A DNA stretch of 55,942 nucleotides, filler included, from Sphacelaria rigidula (lineage: Eukaryota), in assembly GCA_964200075.2 (NCBI GenBank). It is 5 parts of 5 records of this genome, joined end to end, with 100 filler letters (N's around TTAATTAATTAA, not from the genome) between each part and the next. Parts side by side here need not be neighbours in the genome. Positions count along the whole stretch, not along the records: positions 44,837 to 55,942 come from CAXNAA020005379.1; 4 more parts are not named here. One strand, 5' to 3'. This document shows positions 48,517-55,942 of this stretch, piece by piece. The position numbers were made by a program, and so were the translations under genes. The notes under the pieces are model-generated. The model did no database searches and was not told where the DNA came from. It saw only the letters and a list, made by a program, of their open reading frames with translations. Numbering within the stretch: position 1 is the first letter of the stretch; each line of letters opens with the position of its first letter.

Positions 48517-48979
48517 GAATGTTGACACACCCACAGCCCCCCTTCCCCCCCCCTTTTCACGTCTCCACTCCGCTTCCTCAGGATGATTGTAGTGCATCAA
48601 GTAATGTCTCCTTCTGCGCTGTAGTTCCCTGACAATCGTACCGTCAAGATTTTGATCAGCACTTATATCGTCTTCTTGCATCAAACTACTGTACACGTTA
48701 GTACAAATGAATAACAATTAACTGCGTGCTTGATCGTTTAATTAACTGATCTCCCAGGAGTCATAATCCACTCGTGGTCATTATTTACATGATAGACGTC
48801 CCCAAGACAAGAAAAACAAAACGGAAAAACTCGCCGAAAAAAAGTGCAGAAAACAGAGAAAAGGTACAATGGACACACCAAGTAGACTAAGAAAAGAGAG
48901 GATGGGGGGGGGGGAACTAAACAAGCAGGACAAAAAAACATCGTATCATCAGAAAAAAGAAAACTCTGAGCGAACGAAC

Positions 48980-49057
48980 CTGCACACCAAAGGAGCACAT
49001 CGAGATCCTCGGCACTGAAGCAAGGTCTTCGTACGGCAGAAGTTGTTCCACCCGTCG
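48980..49057 (-). CDS. ATG11: ATG11/RB1CC1 short exon (start of Claw domain)
   Basis: ttccag| RRVEQLLPYEDLASVPRISMCSFGVQ |gttcgt. It joins the next exon to give RISMCSFGVQ-DIALFLPT, matching the Atg11 KI-[SA]-FR-x-F-x-x-GD-L-x-LF motif. Confidence 0.87.
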
Positions 49058-49167
49058 CTGGAACAAATCAACAGAAAACAGATGACAAAAAACGGAGATG
49101 TATGAACGGATAATTCACGGATGGATGTATTGATGGAAGGGAAAACACACACACAAACACACTGTCA

Positions 49168-49545
49168 CCGGTCGCCCCGGTGACGCAGTTGGTAACCTCG
49201 GAACCCTTTGATGGTTGGGTCGTGGGTTCCAACCTCAGTGCAGTCACATGATCTGGGATTTTTCGTCACACAATGCCCAACAGTGGAGAGTTACTATGTC
49301 GCGGGTTCACAAAACTCCACGTATGGTCTACGAGGGAGAGGGAGTGCTGAACCCCTCTCAACATGAAAAAATAAAAGCAAGCACCGCAGAAGGAAGGTGG
49401 AGAACTACAACAAACAAACAAACAAACAAACTCCTGTGTTGATCTCCCTCTTGTGTGACCCTGGCTGGTGCGCTCACATGTACCGAAAGGTGTAGATCGG
49501 CGTCCAGAATAGATGAGACGACAACACACAACAACACAGACAACA
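49168..49545 (+). mobile_element. SINE family A, full-length copy in an ATG11 intron
   Basis: CCGGTCGCCCCGGTGACGCAGTTGG (A box)...GGGTTCCAACC (B box), internal (CAAA)n and a CA-rich tail. Confidence 0.85.
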
Positions 49546-49791
49546 CACCTGAAAGCTAAAAACAAATCCGAGACTGTATGTTTGTGTGTACAGACGTGAA
49601 CGTACGTACGTACGGAGAAGCATACATGCATATATACAAATCTGCCCGTTCGTCGACGCAAACCCATTACTCGTGATACGGACCCATGAATCAACAGCTC
49701 GACAAGCACAAGAAAACGTGAACCCCACTTCACAGGATGAGGGCCAAGTAGTTAGGTACAAGAGTGGTGACCCTCCCCCCCGGAAACTCAC

Positions 49792-50948
49792 ATGTGTTTG
49801 CCGCAGGTGCGCGGCCACATGCTCCGCCGCCTTTCTTATTTTTTCAATGTCAGCGCCGCCCGCTTCGCTCCCTCCCCGCTCCCCCGCGCCGATCCTGTGC
49901 CGTATTGATACCATCTTCCCTCCCGCCATTCCGGCCGCATCCGCGGCGGCCCCAACTACACCCGAACTCCCCCCAGAACTAACCCCGCTGCCGCTAATGC
50001 GTTCCGCCAACGATGCCGCTGTGCCTCGCGCCGAAGACGCTGCGTCTTGGTCAGAGGAAGAAATAGTCGCGGTCTTGCTCGTAGCGCTAGAGTCATCATC
50101 CAACCTTGCATCGTTCACTTGGTTGGACGATTCCGAGGACAGCGTCACCGAGACAATGTCCGCCGCCGAGGAGGCGGGATATACATCCACTGCGTTGTCG
50201 ACATTGCTTTCTGCCGCCGCCGAGGCCCCCTCCTCCGCCACCCCACGCTCTGGCGGAGCTGCCGATCGCCCATCGGTCACCGTTGCTGAAACGAGCGACG
50301 ACCCCGGCGCTCCCTCCGAAGCAACAGTCTCGCTCGCCTGAACTTCGATTCCGGCATTCTCGCCCTCCTTCATCCCTTCCCTTTCCGCAATGGTCACCTC
50401 CCTAGATGACACACCACCTCGGTCCTCCCGCCCGACGGCCTCAGACACCCCGCCGCCCCCCTCTCCATCAGCACCGCGACCAGTCGCTTCTTCAATCCGC
50501 GTCATTTCGCCCAACCCTCCGGTACAGCCCCCGCCCCCGCCCCCGCCCCCGCCGCTGCTGTCCCCGTCGCCGACTGCGCGGATTTCCCCTGCTCGGACTT
50601 CCGTACCCCGGGTCGTCTCGGCCACCCCTGCCGAGGCCGTGACCGGAGGCGGACCGGTAACGTTTTCGTTGTTAGTCTGCGGCTGTGTGGGTGCTGTCGC
50701 TCCGGCGGCATTCGATTCCTCGTCACCGCTTCCGTCACGACAAGGCTTTGCTGTTCCCACACCAGCCGGATCCACAGCACCTGGCGCTCTTGTTGCGGCG
50801 GCTGGGTCCGCGGGTATTGCCAAAGGATCGCCGGTGCCTTCTGCGCTCGAGCAGGCAGCAGCAGCTATTGCTCTTGATGCTACCGGTGAACCGGGGATGG
50901 CACCCAGCGCACGTTTTGGAGCGCTCGGGGGACTCATTTCCCACCCAC
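49792..50948 (-). CDS. ATG11: ATG11/RB1CC1 large low-complexity exon
   Basis: atatcag|GT GGG TGG GAA ATG... to ...HLRQTH|gtgagt; 1157 bp, phase 1/0, compatible with both neighbours. Ala/Ser/Gly/Glu-rich. Confidence 0.82.
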
Positions 50949-53133
50949 CTGATATTTTTTACAAGTAGCAAAAGAGACAACAGCATAGAACGGGCGAGGG
51001 TTGGTGTGGGCGTGTAGGGGTGGCGGGTGACTTTTCAGTGAACAGAGGGAGTGCTGCATCATCACCAAAACATCAAACCACGGTACAATGATTCCCCCGC
51101 TCGCTCGAGCACTGTGTCCTACTGGCATCCTATTCCACAGAGTAGGGAAAAAAAAAAAAAACGCTACTCTTCATGACTTTGACTTAAATCCTGCATTTCA
51201 CTCGAACTCTTCCGGCACCAAATTTCCACATGTGTACAGGCTGGTTGACAGAAAAAAACCCAGAACACCCATCGGCAAAACTTCACGCCGCTTCAAGGAG
51301 TTAGGCCCTGAAATTTTGCACAAGTGTTCTACGGGTCATTACGTAACTTTCCAAGGTGGAGTTGTTTTTTACTTCTTTACTTTCCTACTTTCTTCATCGT
51401 TTTTCAGGGAAACATCGATCCAGTCGGACCCCCGTAAAGCGGTAAAAACAAAAAAAAACGAAAAACCTCGTTCATCCTAAGTTGCGTGAGTACGCAGAGA
51501 ACACCTGTGCGATATTTCAGGGTCTAACTCCTTGAAACGGCGTGAAGTTTTTCGCGTTTGTGCGATGGACCTTGCCGTGCCACGGCGAAACCGCGAACTA
51601 CTAGTTTTTAGTATGAAAATAGCGTTCTGGGCATTTTTTGACGTGAGCATGGAAATTCAAGCATCAGTCTATCGAGTTTGGCCACGAAACTTGGTGGGGC
51701 TCTTCCTTGGATTTTGTCGCGACGGGGCGTGTGAGAAAAGAAAAAAAAACGTAGTCCGGGGTTCCAGAATGAACGACTCCGAAAAACGACTTGGATCCCG
51801 TCGGACCCCCGACAAACTGCTAAAGATTCAAGGAGTAGAAACCTCGTTGATCGAAACGTGCATAATGGTTCATGGCACATTTGTGCAAAGGTTCAGGGTC
51901 CAACCCCTAATAATTGCGTGAAGGTTTGCGCGTTTGTGCGAGGATGTGAGCTTGAAACGTGCAAACTCCCAACTACTTGGTTTTAGTATAAAAACGTCTG
52001 TTTTGGGTGAGTTTTACGTCAAGGCGAGGAAAACTGTACGAGCTGGGCCTGCCTAGACGCGGACTTGAGCTCCCAAAGCAATATTTCATCGACACAACGA
52101 GTTAGGCCGTGATCTGCATATCGTACTAATCGTCTGATCATGGGGAGGATGCCCATATGCTGACAAGTTCGGGCCATTTCTTTTTTGTTGATTAAATCTC
52201 ATGTCTAGTAATTCCACTAACGTACGGTGATAACGTGCATACTAAAGTCTATACGAAACCCCGAACAATATACACAACGGATGATGGCGATACAGCAAAT
52301 GAATATACATGGAATATATCAACCTTTCCCACTTTTTTCGGTCGGTTATGGCCTAGCGAGGTCCCACAGAAAGATTCAAGGCACAAGTACCAAACCTGGG
52401 CCGGTAAACGGCCTGAAAATTGTTGTTCCGAATTTCGCCCAGCCCTGTTTTTAAATCACCCCGTCTCACCGCAAATTTTGCAAGTTACACTTTGAAATTT
52501 GGTAGGGAGGAAGAATAGGGCATGCTAAAACGCTGCCGTGCGAGACGCGAAGTTTTTCTTTTTTTCACTGCCAAGTTTGAGGATGATCTGAGCTTTTCTA
52601 CAGCAGCTATAAGGAACATCATCACGAGGGTCCCTGAGTCTTTCGTACGTATCATGAGTGGAAATTAGACAAAGCCAAACTCCGCATCTCCGAAACATTA
52701 CGGTTCCGGGTATAATTCGACCCCGTTGGAACCGTTTTCAAACCTGTCTTTTCCGGTTAAATTCCTGAGGTGATGACGTTCATTTCGATTAGAATCATGT
52801 GGAGATTTGGTGGAAATTGGGCTTGGAAGTCGTATTTCCAATTTCAGAACAATTTGAAAGGCGTTGATTGATCAAGACACATTTTTGTCCATAGCGCCAC
52901 GGCTATAGCCTTGAAGAAAATCTGGCTATGTCACTCCCTTCGTCTGTTCATTGCGGTCAGTATGATACCATGTATGCGATTATTGGGTGCGTATTGCAGA
53001 AAGCATTTGCTGATGACAGAATTTGGGATATTTTGCGTGAACCAGCCTGTAAAGGCCACAAGGTGAAAAAAAAAAAACAGAACCGTATAGTGTCGATATC
53101 GTACACACAACATCTGAAACATACACAACGGAC

Positions 53134-54145
53134 CTCGAGCTGGAGAAGTACCGGCGCCTCCGGCAGTGGCAGAAACAGCGACGGCACCAGAGCCTGCTCC
53201 AGCAGCCAGCTGATCCGCAAGCCTGACCAGCATCGACAACCCCGCCCGGTACGCCGCGAGCTGGTTCTGCCTTGCAGCCGACGACGACCTCCTCTTGCCC
53301 ACGTCGCTGAAACTGCGTCGTCGCTCCACTTCTACCGCCTCGGGGTCCTCCTCTTTAGTCGGTGATAACGGTGGCTCCGAAAGAACTATTGCATCGGACG
53401 GCGGCGTGCCTCCCGCCTGCGCCTCCGCCGGTAATGACGCACCACCGGTAGTAGTAACAGCGGCGGACGTCTCCCCCGCCCTCGGCGCCCCGGCAGCAGC
53501 AACATCACTCGCAGCAGATGGTGCTTGCCAGGACGGAGAGCCGCATCCACTGCCGATATCGGGATCGCCGGATACCGCAGCGGCGGCAGTAACGCGGGCG
53601 GCAAACAGGGAGGCCACCTGCTTGGTCGGTGTCGCCGTTGCCGCCGCCGCTGCCTCCGCTGCTGCCACAGGTGCCGACTCCTCTCGCTCGCGTTCGAGCT
53701 GTTCCAGTCGACTCCGCGCGTCCACGAGTTCCCGAGCTAGGAGCGCATTCTCAGCTTCCAGCTTGGTAACTGAAACGCCCACCGCTCGTTGGGCATTATC
53801 CTCCCTTTCCTTTTCCCTCTCCCCCTCCCCCTCTTGCGTCAACTCCCCCTCACTCGTCGCAGACGCCTCCTTATCTGCTGGCGGTGGTGACGCACCTGTT
53901 TCCTGCACGGAAAGCAGCGACTCCTGCGCTGCCGCTGCAGCTGTTCCGTCTTCCACGACAAAAGGAGTGCTTCCTACCGCTGGAACCTCGGCGTCCGCAG
54001 ACGGCGGGGATGTCGGTGAAACGTCCGGTTTTTGTTCGGATGTCATAATATCTTCCGGGCGAATATCCGGCAGCTCGCCCGGATATAATGGGGTCACCGG
54101 AGGAGACGCGAATACGGGTGGGGGATTTCGGAGACCCGGCGCCAT
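53134..54145 (-). CDS. ATG11: ATG11/RB1CC1 large exon (end of Atg17-like region, disordered linker, short coiled coil)
   Basis: catacag| MAPGLRNPPPVF...PGELPDIRPEDI...KLEAENALLARELVDARSRLEQLERE...SPARG |gtccgt; 1012 bp, phase 0/1. The GL..PP.F....ELPDI pattern matches FIP200. Confidence 0.85.
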
Positions 54146-54909
54146 CTGTATGGAACAGTGTAACAACATTGTGCGTGCACGGTGTGTTCGTGCGTGTATG
54201 AGGCAAAAAAAAAAGAATAATGCAAGGTTTTTGGTGAGCTCGTGTAGTGTTGGGGAAAATTCGGCCTTTTTCCTGTGCTGGAAATAAGGCTGACAAGGAA
54301 TGTGATGCATTTCTGGGGTACTTGGTGATACGACATCGCGACTAAATCCGCGAGGACCAGCTTTAGGTTTGAAATGAAAAAGAACAAAGTAGTACGTGTT
54401 GTTGTTGGGAGGGGTGGGGGCGGGGGCGGGGGGATACTTGCTGTACGTTACACACAACCACATCGGGTAAAATACATAGACGGCGAAACACCAGAACGAA
54501 CGTTTCAGAGCGTCCCACGAGTCGAAGACAAAAAAAACATACAGTGCCATGATCGTGACAAGTCAATTTGCAGATACTGGTACGAGCGAAGTTCCGACAC
54601 AAATGCGTAGCAATACGCCGAAACCAACTACATCGTGACTGTCCGCTACCACGGCACAATGGGTGGGGAGGGGGCGAAAGTTCAGCATAAAAAATAATAA
54701 TACTAAAAAAAGGGAAAGAAAAGAAAATGGAAAAGAAAGGCACCTTGTCGAGAACACGGTACCTCCACGGCCCACGGGATAACAAAAACAAAAACAAACA
54801 CACAAAACTGCAGGGCAGGTAGGTGAAAAGAACACAGACTTCCCATCACGACAGCAACAACAAAAAACCAAACGCGCGGCAGACGGGAACAGTACACACT
54901 TTTACTCGC

Positions 54910-55032
54910 CTCGATAAACACGGGGGGGAGGTTGGCAACGTGACTCTCTCGAAACGCCTCCCTCGCCACTATCTCGGACGATCGCAGGATCTCCATAGAG
55001 CTGCAGAATTCGGCCACCTTTGTTTCGAACTC
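54910..55032 (-). CDS. ATG11: ATG11/RB1CC1 first visible exon; gene is 5'-partial
   Basis: ctccag| EFETKVAEFCSSMEILRSSEIVAREAFRESHVANLPPVFIE |gcgagt. The E...RE.F...H...LP motif is shared with plant ATG11 and FIP200. The donor is GC. Confidence 0.82.
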
Positions 55033-55942
55033 CTGGAGGACGCGACAGCAGACAGCAGCCCCGGTCCCGGCGAGAAAAGACAGGATGAAAATTAGAAGTC
55101 GAAAAACGTTTCTCGCACGTCCAGTACAAGCTTCAAAAGAGACGAGAGGTGGGTTCGGGTGCGTGCTCTTCTGGCGCGTTTGGAACACGACGTTAATCTG
55201 TCGGTCAGCATGAAATCAGCTGGAGACCGGTTGAGAAAACAGAGAGTTTCGGGAAACGCTTTTTTGTCACTTCAGAGTGCAACTACCTCAGGATCAGAGC
55301 GTAACGAAAAAAAATCCTCCTCCGTCGACTGTGATATCCCCTCTACTTTTCTCCGATGAGGTAGGTGCTTGTTTCTTTTCTACCGAGATATTTGCACTCT
55401 GAAATATCAAAAGAGCGTTCCCCGAAACTCTTTAACCAACAAAAAAAAACAAGCTCAACTTTCTCTGTAAAACCAGGATCCGCACTGTCGTAAGTAAGCA
55501 CCCGCTTTTTGTCATAATAATCACCCGGGAAAAAAAACGAGAAAAAATAACTTAATTACAAAAGCGCGCTTTCTTGCACCTTTCGGTGGTTCTTCGCCCG
55601 GGGGGGAGCGAGCTCACGAGGTAAATGCTCCCGGCTCGCACACAGTTGCTTTCCTGTCCGAGATTGATCCCGGGGAATTTTTTCGCAATGCATAGTGCAC
55701 GCGGTTTGCCTTCGGATCGTATCGGGGATTTTCCGCGCCACTTTACAACAGAACGTCAAATACGCGGAAACCTGAAAAATAAGACGAACAACAATCGTGG
55801 TTTGTTCTTCTTCGTCCCAGAAGATTGTTAAAAGTAGTCTGGCCGAAAAATTGAAATGCAGACACCAGGAGTGGGTGTACTCATGATCATGCTTGCCATA
55901 GTCATCAGACCATTGACCTCGCATCCCTACAAAGCCGGGACG

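Noticed and set aside
49770-49791. VSFR after ...LRQTH as the start of the Claw domain
   Set aside because: It coincides with a perfect GTGAGT donor, and the true motif (RISMCSFGVQ-DIALF) is supplied by exon 48980-49057.
53295-54287. Plus-strand Ser/Ala-rich ORFs (also 49586-50341, 50390-50968, and minus-strand 39544-39957)
   Set aside because: They are antisense shadows of GC-rich low-complexity exons.
52931-54550. 539-aa ORF (and 49474-50937, 487 aa) as stand-alone genes
   Set aside because: Their ends read into T-rich intron or SINE sequence; the coding cores are internal ATG11 exons bounded by splice sites.
36472-55032. Functional clustering of the subtilase, ATG11 and EsV-1-7 genes
   Set aside because: The genes are on different contigs joined artificially.

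Overview
Eukaryotic, intron-rich and repeat-rich DNA, most likely from a brown alga (Phaeophyceae). That assignment is an inference from an EsV-1-7-repeat gene, long introns and TTAGGG-like repeats. The window is not one locus. It is five unrelated contigs of 11110, 11109, 11109, 11108 and 11106 bp, in descending length, joined by artificial 100-bp N44-TTAATTAATTAA-N44 spacers. Three host genes are supported: (1) an EsV-1-7 Cys/His repeat protein in one uninterrupted ORF (2560-4431, minus), whose twelve 38-aa repeats vary mainly at two positions; (2) the last four exons of a KP-43-like S8 subtilase with a Ser/Thr/Pro stalk and hydrophobic C-terminus (36472-39973, plus); (3) six 3' exons of an ATG11/RB1CC1 (FIP200) autophagy gene (45526-55032, minus), including a GC-AG intron. 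Most of the rest is transposon debris: a decayed chromodomain Ty3/gypsy integrase with LTRs, a second LTR pair, a tRNA-derived SINE family, hAT-type MITEs, palindromic MITEs with 8-bp TSDs, a TIR element inserted at ACWGT sites (with an empty-site control in the window), a foldback element, and a dispersed repeat carrying telomere-like hexamers.
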